DNA from: Ruditapes philippinarum
Lineage: Eukaryota
Length of the DNA: 64,000 bases
Direction of reading: 5' to 3'
Assembly (NCBI RefSeq): GCF_026571515.1
Contig: NW_026853342.1
Location: 186,001 to 250,000, forward strand
In this document: positions 40,566 through 53,866 of the stretch, in pieces
How positions within the stretch are numbered: the first letter of the stretch is position 1
Layout: the number at the start of each line of letters is the position of its first letter
The notes under the pieces: generated by a model
Told to the model about the DNA's origin: nothing
What the model saw: only the letters and a program-made list of their open reading frames with translations
Databases searched by the model: none
Translations under genes and position numbers: made by a program

Positions 40566-43500
40566 ATGAGGATTTTAAGCAAATGTTTATCTGACTATCA
40601 CAAACTTGGCGCAGTATTCTGTGTACTTAGTGTGATATTCATAATGGATGTGTTTTTTGGACAACAAACGGTACAAATTATGTTTATTTATATTTTTACA
40701 AGGAAAAAATTAGTAAAGGCCAATTGTGCACCAGAAATTCTTTTATTTTTAATTCTCCTATTGTAGTTTTCAAAAAGTTACTCATTGGCCAATAACCTGA
40801 ACCATCTTCAGCTTCTCTGTAGATTATTTTGGCAATTTGTACACCTATAGTGATTTAGTATTTTGTATAGAAGTCACACTACTGCATGACTTGAACTGAC
40901 ATTACATTACATTTTGCTACTTTTATGACAAATTATTTCGTATTTGGTGCTTTCTTTTTTTCTTTAAGTGATATGTATTAACCAAACTCTGAGAGCATCT
41001 TGAGAATGTTATAAAACATACGTTTACTGTTTCTAAAGAAGGAAGAATTTTTTTGTTTCTGAAACATACGTACGTACGTTAAAGACACTTAGAGTAAAGT
41101 CCTCGGATATGTCCCTATAGGTTATAATTTGACAAAATGTCACCTATTTATTTTAAATTAATTTGTTCTCTGGATAATTCTTAATCTTTTCGGTGTCTAT
41201 CTTTATGATGTTTACTATTTTGAGACACGGGAGACCAATGAGATCCTTACCTGAAGAAAAATACGGTGTTGCTGTAAAAAATTGATATCTTTTGGACAGG
41301 ATAGACTGACTGAGAAGGTTTTGTAAACCTTTGAAACATTAATTTCAATATAATACATAAAATTAACAAAGAAGCCACAAAAACTCGAACATTCAGTAAT
41401 TATATATTGCAGACATTTCGCCTATATGCCTTCATTAGTGCAAAACAAAATAAAATTACCGTAAACGACGTCATAGCGGAACATGCGTTAAACGCGCGAA
41501 AAATGTTATATAGCGTTTAGCGGCAAACTATAATAACATGTAACAAATATTTGTATTATAAATAAAGCTGGTACATAAATGAAATTGATCAATAGTGATA
41601 CAGATGTCTATTAGACTGTGTTAACAAAAGGAAGATAACAGATAAACATATTAATATTCATGTAATGATATAGAACATGTCATTTTATTTTATTTTGTTT
41701 TGAATTTTCACTGAACGTAGCTTTAGCCAAATGGGGACTGGTCTCAACTCTATATCATATTTCACAATTAAATTGAGACCAGCTCAAATTATTGTATTTG
41801 ATAAATTTGGGGCCATATACCGTTTAATTCTAAAGAATATGTCTTATGTGGGGTTGTGAAGAAAAATGATTGTATTTGTGATAATGGCTTTAGCTTGAAC
41901 AACTTTTTGTGAACTTGGCTCGTATGTTTTACTTCGTCTTTATGCATTCTTAAGGGCCTTAAAGTGTCCAACCTCGTATTATCCGCTAACTTAATTCGTG
42001 GAAAATGAGATGGGTTAGCGATCTATGCGATGATTTGTGAATATATTGAGAGAAAGTTCGTTGCATGTTGAAAATTCAAGCGAAAAGGGTAACGAATACC
42101 TGCGACTTATGCGAAGAAATTGAGAGTTTTCGAGACATTTTTAACTATCTCGCGAATGCTTACATTCGCAGCCCAGTGTGGCAGGAGTTAACGATTACAT
42201 GTCAAATAAATCCACAACAGTTCAGAGGATCTTTAAAAAATCTGGACATGATGTTTCAGGATCATACAAATGCTGCGTGTTCATCTAATAATAAATGCTA
42301 GCAGGAGACCTATTTGACTCAGATTTGGGTAAAAAAACATCTGAAGTTCAGACTACCATGTGCCTTCCAAACCCTAAAAAGACTAAAAGTTGACGACATG
42401 TCACAACCAGGTAGACGGTTGTAAAATATTTGTGGAGGTAGATGATATATGCATACTTTTATGGCACGAAATCAATGAAATGATAATATCGCGAAAATGA
42501 TTTTAAAAACCCAAACCCTTGTCCACGAGCATAAAGCATGGCTCTTGATACAGAAATTTTTCAGTATAGAAATAAACGTGGGCTATTGCACTGCTAGCGA
42601 AAATGGACGGCTAGTCTAATAATTATGAGTTTCTGATATCAGAACGGATAACAAAAGTAAGCGGGTAAATTAAATTGTTGCCTATATTTCATTGTTCCCC
42701 TAGCTTGCATACCATCTCAGTGAAACGTTACAAATTGCCGAAATCTTTGGGGGTTTTTTCGTGAGCTTGGAGTTTAAAAAACAACAAAATATAACAAAAC
42801 AAAGTATAACAAAACAAACCATAGCAAAACTAAACATAACAGACATACAAATAAATGAAAAACAAAAACATTTGAAAACGAAGTAGAATGCATGAGATTT
42901 TTATGTTTACAGCAGAATTTTGGGCACACTGTACCAGTGAAAGGATTGAACAGAGAAAGAAAATTTTGCAACGAAAGTGTATATTCCGTCTTACCGAAAA
43001 GTACCATAATTAATGAAATGGATATTGACACGTTGTATGACACAGTGTCAAGGTAAGTGTATGGCAAATACTTGTCCTAAATCTATGACAGCCATTTGGC
43101 ATGATTGGACCGCTTAAACATCCTATACAAAAGGGGAAGTCTGGAGTTCGATTTTCGTAAAAAAAAAGTTTTGTTATGTTTAAAGCGTTGAAAGCTTAGA
43201 CTGTCATTGACCCGTTTTCACCTTCATATTTTGTATAATTGCGCACATCTGGATCAGCGGTAATTTACATCTATGTTTTACTGATGCACAGTTTTGATGT
43301 CCATAAGGTATTCCATCCCATGAACATTGCCGGATTAACATTTGAGCCGCGTCACGACAAAAGCAACGTAAGGCGTTTGCGACCAGCATGGATCCAGACC
43401 AGCCTGCGCATTCGCGCAGTGTGATCAGGATCCGTGCTGTTCGCTATCAGTTTCTCTACTTGTAATAGGGTTTGTTAGCGAACAGCATGGATCCTAATCA

Positions 43501-46500
43501 GACTGCGATGATGCGTAGACTGGTCTGGATCCATGCTGGTCGCAAACGCATTACGTTGGTTTTGTCGTGACGCGGCTCATTTACTCTTCTTTAACCGCAA
43601 GTGATTCAGTAATTCACCAGTTAATCCATATCGTAGCTGTTGGTAGTTTTCATTCTGAATCACGAAAGTAAGTCACATAGAATTTACCAGTGCACAGTTC
43701 AGCAATCGCATTATTTCTGGGAAAGCTTTCAAGCAATTTACCAGTACTAGTTGACTCTTTTACAATAAACTTACAGCTTGCGCATGCAAGTGCAGAGGTA
43801 CATTGCAAATAACCGTTGTTTTTTATAATCTGTCACAACAAACATGACCTGCGCCGTCCGGAAATCTATCCCGGGTCGCTCGATTTTAAGTTCAACGCTC
43901 TACCTATTGAGCTAACCCGAAGGCTTCAACATTTTGTACCAAGATTGTTTCAGTTTATTGGGCTGCCCTAGCTTTGTGCTGTTAAAATATGAATTGTATT
44001 TTGACATCTCTTAGTTTTATGATAATTAATGTTATGGAACGGACTGTAAGATAAAACCACACATTTTAAAAACGTATACATGTGTATTGTATTAATTAAT
44101 TCAAAAGCAGAGCTCATCGTATAATAAAACGCAAGGGCGTTCTGTAAGACATGATAGTCTATCATAAACAATTCTACCAAACTTTGAACTATGAAAAAAA
44201 ATCACGTAATCATAAACGGCTTTGGTTGGCTTTTCGTTGTTTTTTCTCTTTTTAAACTTAGTTACATTTTATCAATGTGAATTTCAGTTATGTAACAAGT
44301 CAACAAATTAAATGTTGCAATGAGACCAGAGTGGGCCCATATAATGCATTTGGCAAGAACATCTGTTCAGACTATTTTCACAATGTTCGGAATACATGCC
44401 TAGTCTATTCGTTTGGGTAAGAATATTTTGCTTAGTGGTGGTGGTGTTGATAAGAGTTTTCGCTCCGGATCACGGCAGTAAGCCACATTGAGTTAACCAG
44501 AGCACATTTCAGCCACCGCATCGTCCCTGGGCAAGCTGTCAAGCAGTTTACCATACTAGTTGCCCCTTTCACTTTTGCAAGGAACTGAAACTATAAATGC
44601 CAGAGCAGTGCGAATGACCGTTTAAAGGATTTGATGATCGATCACAACGAAAGTGACTTGCAAAGTCCGGGAATCGAACGCGGGTCTCCAGATTCATAGT
44701 ACATAGTTCTAACTTTTGAGCAAACTGTTTGGTTTCTTTGGCTTAGTTGACACATCCCCTCATATATGTATGGATTTAATGAGACGCTTATGGGGTACAA
44801 TAAATACGGAATATGATATGCAGAGCGTTGTGTCAACTAATCAAATTAATTATGTATTTAATGAAGCGCTTATCGGGTCAACCAAATCAAGTAAAAAATT
44901 GCCAGATCTTTTGATACGTTTTCGCAAAACTATTTGTTTAGGCGATTTTCACAAAGTCCGAGATATTGTGTATCGTACATTTTGTAAAGGGAATTTTTAC
45001 ACATGGGTCTGTTTAAACTTATTGTAGCTTCTATATATATTATTCCCAAATCACATTTTAGAAAGTTAAGATGATTATATGCAAGGTACATTTATAACCA
45101 GAAATTATGTACATGCACATGTTTCCGGGATTGTGAGCATTATTGGTGGTCTCGTCATTTTAGACAAAACTTATTAAATGTTATTTTAACAGTTATCTCT
45201 CATTTTGAATAAGCTGTGTTTGAGAATAAATGAACTTTTAAAAGTAGTTTTAAATTTTGTAAAATATTCAATGGGAGGAAGCACAGTTCACATTTCTCAA
45301 ATATCCGAGAAATTTAACAAGAACCTTTAATTCAGAAATTCCTTCAGATTTAGTTCCGTTTTTTTCACACGATTAGACAAACTTCGGATTTTTTTATCCA
45401 TGCAATAGTTACTATTATTGCATTTACAAGTTTATTAGCTGAAATACGTTCGTTATCAGTTTTTCTACTTGTAATAGACTTGGTAAGCGAACAGGCTGGT
45501 CTGGATCCATGCTGGTCGCAAAACCATTATGTTGGTTTTGTCATGACGCTGCTCAATATGTAAATATCTTTGGTTTTTCTTCATTTAGCTCACAGATGCA
45601 TTTCGAGTTTGAAAATTCCATTTGGAAAGATTACAGATGTGAAATTCATACGTTTGACCCCAGGTAATGTATGGTTATGTTATACATCTACATTTATTCG
45701 AAAATTGTACAATATAGTCTTTGTTTGATTAAAGATAATTATTCTCCTTATCTTTGTGTAAAATATTTTTATTGCAGATTTTTTTCCTCTTTTTTTTTAT
45801 TGAAATCTATAAAATTCTTCCAGAAAGAATTTCTTTCTTTTTTTAGAATTTTATCTAAATCTAAATAAAAGAACGTACAGACAATGCATGGGAATCTGTG
45901 TTTCTTAGTATGGGTCATGTAACAGTAAATATAATGTTCTTTTAAACAAAATACTGCTGCGAGAAGCTTTATATTCATAGCTTGTCCACTTAAGTGTGTA
46001 GGATTTAAAAAATAACATTTTAACATAAAAACTTTGAAGCAATTACTAATTTTTGCAAATATTTAATTTGAACATTGTATGTCTTTAAGTTGGCCTGTTT
46101 TTATGATTAAAGATTATTAATGATTGAGAGTTTTGCATTATTTTGAAGCAAGATAATATTTATTATAGACGTAGAAATATGATGATCTTATTTCTACTTC
46201 TTCTTCGAAACAGCTTTTATTAAGTTTTAAAGATGTGTATGATAAGTGCATGTGCTGGGATTGACAAATGTACATTTTTATTTGTATTTTATGGCGTTTG
46301 GAGCGCCATACCCCAAGTGATCAAAAGCGGCAACCACAGACAAAAGTTTTTGCAACTTTTACCTTTACATAACATCAAAACAACCAGAATGTAGCTTTAG
46401 ATACCACGTAACTTGAGTTTCGTTTCGTTCCGGTGCAAATCCGTAAAAAATGAATGTCTTAAAGATATGCCTTACTAGACATAACACATTCGTTCCGGTG

Positions 46501-47780
46501 CAAAACCCGAAAAAAATGAATGTCTTAAAGATATGCCTAACTGGACATAACACAAGCATTCAAAATAAATCTCGATTTTTGTAGGAGTCAAATCTGTATA
46601 AAACATAATCATTGCAATCATCATTTACAAAATTACGTGATCAATTTAATCATTATCACTTTACTATCTATACGTACTACAATCATGTAAGGCTAATTGC
46701 TACAACCTATCCTTTTTGTTAAATCAACACCATACTTCTTTTCAGCCTATCGACAAATGGTGTGAAGATACCAAAGGGAGTTAACTTTCACCTCATCGGA
46801 CTTTCTGATAGTGATTCTATGGTTCCGGCACCGCCCACTTTAAGAGACTTTTCAACTTGGGAAATGAAATCTCTGTCATCCATAAGACGGTCACTAAATC
46901 ATAAAAAGGTTTGTGATCATAACAATTTTTCAAACGTTGGGTTTTAATGCTTTTGCATGTTACGGACCTGTAAGGTTCTTGCAATAATGATAATTGATGT
47001 TCTTTGTTAAATAATAGATTTATCTTGTATAATCTAGTTCCTGGATAGTTTATAGCATTACGTAGTGAGTGAAGTCGTACACCCATAAATGCAACATCCT
47101 CGTTGATTGGCTCTTGGGTTTACTTAATGCGACGACAGAGAAAGGGATAACAATAGAAAAGTCATATTCAGTTGCTCGTACATTTGTTACTTTTTTCTCG
47201 GGTTTCATATTTTGACGACATCGATTTTTTTTTCTATGATACAAAAGTGAAAGAACATCCAAAAAACCTCTGTATTGTAATTTATACTCGGGGACTATGT
47301 ACCCTCAAACAAATCAGACAGCTTCGCGATGCTCTTTTTATAACTTAGCTCTAGACTTGTTATCAACGCTTAACGAATATGACAATTTTTTTTCAGAGAT
47401 ATATAGATATTTTGAAGATCGATATTGAAGGCTGGGAATGGAAAGCTTTACCTGCCGCCATACAGTCACGTGACCTAAGCTATGTGAGACAAATTTGTTT
47501 GGAAATTCATTTCGGATTTCAGTTTAAGAATGTATGGCCTGACAACCGTGAAATGGATTATAAACAACTTTCAAACACTACATGGGGCGATGTTACATTT
47601 GCCAATCAAATTGAAGTGTTGAGAGGTCTGTATGACAACGGATTTAGGATTTTTCGATGGGAGCTTGTCCCAGGTTGCAGAATGTATAAGTCAAGAAATT
47701 CTCAAAAAATAATCAATGTGCTCGTAGAAATATCGTTAGTGAATATACATCGTGAAATGGACGCCATAGAATCACGATGA
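40566..47780 (+). CDS. METTL24: Methyltransferase-like protein 24 family (Methyltransf_22/FkbM-like), about 331 aa, with an N-terminal signal anchor
   Basis: Exons 40566-40670, 42913-43052, 44288-44416, 45589-45663, 46746-46908 and 47397-47780 join in frame. Motifs CLVYSFG, FEFE...CEIHTFDPS, IDILKIDIEGWEW, VRQICLEIH, LYDNGFRIF. The first exon is the least certain, and this is family-level similarity rather than proven orthology. Confidence 0.8.
43343..43579. mobile_element. Palindromic MITE family B, full-length copy
   Basis: TGAGCCGCGTCACGACAAAA...TTTTGTCGTGACGCGGCTCA. Confidence 0.85.
46425..46554. repeat. Tandem duplication of about 65 bp (2 copies)
   Basis: TTCGTTCCGGTGCAAA...GACATAACACA occurs twice. 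Confidence 0.8.
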
Positions 47781-47792
47781 ATCATTCTTTAA

Positions 47793-48075
47793 AGATCCTG
47801 TAACACAAATTTGTTATGGTTTTATATCATAAATATGATGCTCAAATTAAGATTTATCAATTTTGTAAGTTCTAAAAAGCATTTTTTTATAATGATATTA
47901 GCAAATTTAATATTTCATGACCTATATGTAAAAATATTTGCAGTACATATTTTACATGTTCTTCGATGTTTAAAAATTGTTTTATAAGCATAATTACATT
48001 GTATATACATATATATATATAATTTCACTAAAGTGTGGTATACAACCTCAATTACAACATACATGTACATGATCT
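47793..48075. mobile_element. TTAA-flanked MITE (Kolobok-like) just downstream of the METTL24-like stop; partial relative at about 16630-16800
   Basis: TTAA|AGATCCTGTA...TACATGATCT|TTAA. Confidence 0.6.
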
Positions 48076-48346
48076 TTAATTTTTTTAGACAGTTTTAACA
48101 ATAAACTTATTTACTGTACATATATCAATTGACTATGATATTAGATTTTAAAAATATATATATATATATATTTATTCTTTTTTCTTCATTTTGTTGGGAT
48201 TAATGTAAACGTCATGCCCTTATGTTCCCGTTTTATTTGTACATGTATATAAAGGTTTATTTTCCTGCATTATTTCGAATTTAAAGTATATGTATATTTT
48301 TATTCCTTTCTCTTCATTTTGCTGGGGTTAATGTAAAGGTGGTGCT

Positions 48347-48515
48347 GATTTTCCTGTATTATTTGTATAATACGATCTAGGGTTTATTTTCCTGTAGTAT
48401 TTGTATAAGACGATCTAGGGTTTATTTTCCTGTATTATTTGTATAAAACGATCTAGGGTTTATTCCCCTGTATTATTTGTATAATACGATCTAGGGTTTA
48501 TTTTCCTGCATTATT
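48347..48515. repeat. 38-bp minisatellite (GGGTTTATTTTCCTGTATTATTTGTATAATACGATCTA)
   Basis: About 4.5 tandem units. Confidence 0.8.
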
Positions 48516-49695
48516 TCGGACACAAGACTGTGGGCATCAAGGCTACAACCAATGACCTGCCGACAACTATCAGTACAGTTTCCTCAAATAAAAACTTTGA
48601 CTTACAAGATAACTGTGAGTCATGGCTGAAAAATTCGATTTAAAAGTGACATTATGCTCATTCAACAGTATATATTCAGTGAAACTGTGGAAGTCGAAAT
48701 AAGTTAATACTCTGCCATAATCCAATTACTTTGCATGAATCATAAATTAGTCACGTGGCACAAAGTAATTTCTTCAAATATCTTTCGGAATTCATTTGTA
48801 ATATTCAATTAATAAAAAAGAGTGGGTCAGTATTTTTATATTTTAGACACAGTTATATATTTTATCCGTTACAATTTCTAATGTTAACATGTCAATATTT
48901 AAAAATTTTGAGGATAAAATATATAAATCTTACAAACAACTCTGAAAATTAAATTCAGTGTCAAAACTAGGCGCGAAAAAGGTCCTTTTCACTTTACACA
49001 AAGTAGGGTGATACTTTCCCTATAGCATTAGGAAATTAAATTGTATCGATATTCTAAATTGTGAAGCGATATTGTATCGATTTGTTGAATATCGATGATA
49101 TATCAATGCCGATATAAAGTATTGGGCAACTTTAGATAGCCACCACACCTAATGTTGCTCGACTAAGCTGAACCAACAAGTAATAGAAAGGGAACATTAT
49201 GTTCCGGAAAGTTTTATTCTGATTTTAGGACAATCACGTGTGTTGAATAACAGAGATATTTCCTGTTATATTTTTTTTTTACGAGAAATTACCATTAGGT
49301 TATGAATTCAAAACAATGTTTTTACTGTTGTTTTTTTTTTAACTTTTTACATTTTTTTTTCATCAATTATAGCTTGACACACTTTACTTGCAAGACTAAT
49401 GAAGATGACTATATGAAATTAAGTAATGCTTTCTTGAGAATTATGCATAGCCAATCATTGAGTTTTGACCAAACTTCACAGTGATTTGATCGGCTACGCA
49501 AAGGGAGACCACTGCATCGGAATTTGAATTTTGACCGATACTGATTTGTGTTCCTTTGCAAACATCGAGAATTCTTGTTCAACTCCAATATTCAAAACTG
49601 CTGAAGTAAACATGAAAATTATTACGTCTTGTTTTCGTTACGTTTGGAAAAAAAAAACAACAGAAAAGAAAAGTAAGTAGTTTATCATTATTTTA

Positions 49696-50030
49696 TATTA
49701 AGAAAACAATGAAAAATGTTCTCTGAGTAAGGAATGTCTAATTATCAACCTTAACAAGAAAAACAAGGCAGGCGTTCATTGAACGCAAACAAATCTGTTT
49801 CAGACGTATGAGACATTGTGGCGAGTATATATAGTATCACATACCGAACTCAAAGAAAGTTTTTATTAAGAAAACAATGAAAGTGTTCTCTGAGTAAGGA
49901 ATGTCTAATTATCAACCTTAACAAGAAAAACAAGGCAGGCGTTCATTGAACGCAAACAAATCTGTTTCAGACGTATTAGACATTGTGGCGAGTATATATA
50001 GTATCACATACCGAACTCAAAGAAAGTTTT
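49696..50030. repeat. Near-perfect tandem duplication of about 167 bp
   Basis: TATTAAGAAAACAATGAAA...CTCAAAGAAAGTTTT occurs twice. Confidence 0.85.
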
Positions 50031-50849
50031 AAGCAAAAAAGAATCTTTTTTTTATTGACGCCCTAAAGTATGACTACAAAATTAAGCGCGCCTTATGACG
50101 CAAATGACGTCGCAACCAAATATATGCATTGCCACGCCATTTTAACGGAGTCGCCCAAAAGCGGCACGAGTATGTGATAAAGCTATAAATTACTCACTGA
50201 CAGAAGTCAATAGAAAAATGTCCAATTCCATCTGCAGCGTACACAAGTTTTGCTACAGAATTCTGTGACTCGTGCTGGATAGTCCTACAACAGAGAGATT
50301 TGGTGGAACAGACATTTTCTCATCGTTTCGAATGACCGTATTTCAGGGGTCAATGGCCGTGACCTTGGGTTTTGCATGAGGAGAAAAATCCTTGATACGC
50401 TAACGTCGACTGCATTGTTGAGTATATCTAATATATAGATACGCTTTATATGGTGTTACTTATGTCGTAAATTGTGCGTAAATATTAATGGCATATTAAG
50501 CCTCAGTTTCATATGTGATTTGGGAACAGTCAAACTCTTGGCCCCGAGGTGGAGGGGATAGTGTTTTGAACTGTTGCCCAAGCCCCTAGACCGAGGGCAA
50601 CAGTTCAAAACACTTACCTCGACACCGAGGGACAAGTGTTTGACTGTTCCCAAATCACGTATGAAATAACTGTTTTATTACTTGAACAACAATAGTTTTG
50701 CACATATGTTAATAATCAAACTTAATACTTTAACTATGTCACGTCACGTCTGGTTTATGATCAAGATCGATGGACGCTTCAAGTGGAAATCCTCTATGCC
50801 GTCAATGACATCAGAGCACGCGAGGGAACCGTCGAAACTATTGACCGGT

Positions 50850-51066
50850 AGTAGTGAAGGGGGGCACTATGGCACAAAACTTATGGCACAAAAACTTATG
50901 GCACAAATGTGGGAACATTATGGCACAAATGTTGGAAACTTATGGCACAAATGTTGGAAACTTATGGCACAAATGTGGGAACATTATGGCACAGTTTTTA
51001 TAGACCTGGGCAACGTACGGTCTTTAATAAATGGATAGGGTGTACTTAAACCCCCTTGACTACTAC
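50850..51066. repeat. Putative Polinton terminal inverted repeat, outer part
   Basis: AGTAGT start; TTATGGCACAAA(TGT.GGAA.C) repeats at about 50867-50992; an inverted copy of the tip at 51051-51066. The partner TIR lies outside the window. Confidence 0.65.
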
Positions 51067-52549
51067 ATAGATAACAACAATGTTGTGTGTACACATTCTT
51101 TATTGAACAAAACATTTTTTTATTGAACAAACATTTTTTTAATAAACAAACATTTTTAACAAGATGAACAACATATTAACACAACATTCTTCAGAAATAA
51201 CAGTCACAGTGAATCATCATTGGATTATAAATCATACACTAGCATCAAACATTGTAAGCACTTAGGCTATTTAAAATAGCTTCCTTTCGCATCGGCACAC
51301 AGTAACATGACATGCGATTGCAAATCGAGGTTTAGTAATTTGGTCTAGCTATTCATCGATACTCGCTGCCAATACACTTCGCCTTATATTGAACCAATAT
51401 CACAGACTCTGTTGCTCAATTAATGATCTGTATAAATATATTCAGGTATTCATATGAAAACAGTCCTAATACGATTACACTAGAACTTCTGTATTGAGAT
51501 TCCCTTTTCTTAAAGCCAAAAGTAATCTAAAAAGCGAATAGTTACGTTAACCCACTTTTCCGTGACATTTACACCTATTTTCCACTTTTTGATTAAATTT
51601 TTGGACTTTGATTTGGTTAAAGTATAAAGGATTCTGGCATTTTTCTTTTTTCCCAGGGAAAATGGTTTAAATATGTTCTTGTTTTCAAAAAAAGGTGGTA
51701 ATCCGTACGAATCAAAAAGGTGGTTAAATCGCTCTTATTTTTCTTTTAAAAAAGAAAAAGAAGCATCACCAATGGTTCTCCCAGGGGCTTGATTTGGCTG
51801 TTTTTATGATTTGTGTTGACCCAATGTAAAGCTTCTTTGATGTGTTTTTTTGTTTGGCTCTGGGAAGGTTGATCCTCTGGGGCATACCACCTCCATGGGG
51901 AAAGGGGGCGTTCGTAATCGAAAATTGGATTTATTCGGAGGAATTGTATTTGCTAATTCAATTCAGTTTGTCCAATTTTTTCCCAGCGAGTTTCCCAACT
52001 TTTTTTCTTTCCATGGCCAACTGATTCCAAAAAGGGGCTGATTCAGGGTTTCTGTTGCGGATAATTGTTGTTGATTTTGTTTCCTTATATTTTCCCTTCA
52101 GTCCACTGTAAGAAATTTAGTATCCGTGAGGATAGGAAACCGGGTTTGGGGGGACAATCTGAACCCGTGTGGATTGAGATTAAAAAAAAAAACAGTCCTA
52201 TTTCACCTTTTTTCAATTAAATTTCCAGATTGATTTTCCCAGTGGGGCGTTTTCTTATGTAACCAATTTCCAATCCATAAGTTGTCGCCTTGAAGGCCGC
52301 GCATATGTTTGTAGAATAAGCTAGCCTCGATGCCTTAGCAGTTTCAGACTAGTGGCACATGATCCACACTGACTACATCCAGTACATTGAACTGCCATCT
52401 CGATTACTTATGCTAAAGTCCTGTGTTCTCGTACTAAACTATCTCACATAGATTATACCATACTAGATTATTTTATCTCAGTATTCTAAACGACTATCAT
52501 CTATCTCCCCGCTAATGTACTCATATGAATAAGAATATGTTCCATGTCT

Positions 52550-53866
52550 TCAATAATCTGTGATGATTTCTCGGATGGTGTTGATTTCGATTTGATTATC
52601 GAATTCTGCATACACAATCACGTTGATGGGTACACCAAGACCTTCTGAGAACTGAAGGTCGATTCTCATGTTTCCTGTTTTTATAGGGTGTAGTTGACCT
52701 TCCTCGCTTCCTTGATCGGCGGTGAGATCAAATCCCCATAACGTGTATCCTGCCTTGTACTGTCCCAAACTCATTCCGAAACTTCGATTCATGCCCATGG
52801 AGCCTGTGGCCTGGTATAGTGACATGTAGGATCTAGCCACCTCGCCATCGGTGAAATTCGGTGTGAATGCTTTGTTATGCGTGGTTTTGCCATCAATGCT
52901 GACTTCTAACTTGGATAGGTTAAAGTGTTTGAAATCAAATGGATTACTGGCAGCATTTCCCTTGATGTCTGAATTTCTCACCATCCCGAGAATGATGCGT
53001 TTTGGGAGTTGTCCGAGAAACAAGTGATCATCAATTTTAGATCTTTGTCCGGCAGGGATGGTAAATGTTTTCACGACAGCACGTCTAATTGGAATTTTCA
53101 TGTTGTACTGTGCAATGGCTTGATTCAAGTTGTTGGCCACCACGGGAAGCAGGTCCACTGTTCTCACATTGAATCCTACCTGCTGTATCACCACTTTACC
53201 TTCAGCAGTGCCCACAAGACAAAAGTTGTTGGACGTCCTGTTGAGTTTGAGCCTGAGTTCAATACCATTAGGAAGATATTTTTCTTGCAGGAACAAATCT
53301 AAATGTAATCGTCCGATGAGTTCACAAGATGCACTCCCTCGAATGCGCAATCGTCGACGTTTCCAACCGTCATTAGCCCCTCCGGTTGTGTTGTCTTGCA
53401 TGTGTGTCGCTGTATCTTTGTCCCAGAGTTCAAATGCCTTGAGTTGTGTATCTTGACAGTCTTTACTGTAGGACAGTAGATTTTCAATATAAGCCCGATA
53501 GGGGTACAAATCTGAATCGCTGGAAACGAGTTTGTTGTTCAGGTACAAGTCTATGCTGCTGAACATACTGTGGAAAAAGTTATTGACCACAGACACTTCT
53601 GCATCATTACCCAAATTTGCACCATCCGCAGCTGCGACTACTTTGAACTTCACGTATAAGTAAGACTGATTGAGATCTGTCCATTTCTCTGTCTGTGGTG
53701 GAATGATGAATTCAATTGGTGCTGAATTATTCAATGCTGAGATAGGATAATGTTCTGTCCATTGTGCATCTTGCATGGCTGTCATGGTGGGTGGCACAGA
53801 AGTAACATCAAGCTCTGTTTTACTACACTCGCAAGATCCGTGTTGCATCATCGTTGTTCTAGTCAA
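52550..53866 (-). CDS. Major capsid protein (double jelly-roll, Polinton PY/hexon-like)
   Basis: 438 aa with the typical motifs ECSKTELD, PIEF.IP, NNFFHSMFS, YPYRAYIE.LL, GQLPKRIILGMV, NPFDFKHF and YAEFDN.IEI. Confidence 0.92.
   Translation of the reverse strand: MTRTTMMQHGSCECSKTELDVTSVPPTMTAMQDAQWTEHYPISALNNSAPIEFIIPPQTEKWTDLNQSYLYVKFKVVAAADGANLGNDAEVSVVNNFFHSMFSSIDLYLNNKLVSSDSDLYPYRAYIENLLSYSKDCQDTQLKAFELWDKDTATHMQDNTTGGANDGWKRRRLRIRGSASCELIGRLHLDLFLQEKYLPNGIELRLKLNRTSNNFCLVGTAEGKVVIQQVGFNVRTVDLLPVVANNLNQAIAQYNMKIPIRRAVVKTFTIPAGQRSKIDDHLFLGQLPKRIILGMVRNSDIKGNAASNPFDFKHFNLSKLEVSIDGKTTHNKAFTPNFTDGEVARSYMSLYQATGSMGMNRSFGMSLGQYKAGYTLWGFDLTADQGSEEGQLHPIKTGNMRIDLQFSEGLGVPINVIVYAEFDNQIEINTIREIITDY

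Noticed and set aside
42065-42420. Possible coding remnant (78-aa ORF)
   Set aside because: It is intronic with no recognisable domain; it may be a decayed transposon fragment, but I cannot support that.
50682-51038. 118-aa ORF with KLMAQMWEHYGT repeats
   Set aside because: It spans the host/Polinton junction and the subterminal tandem repeats.
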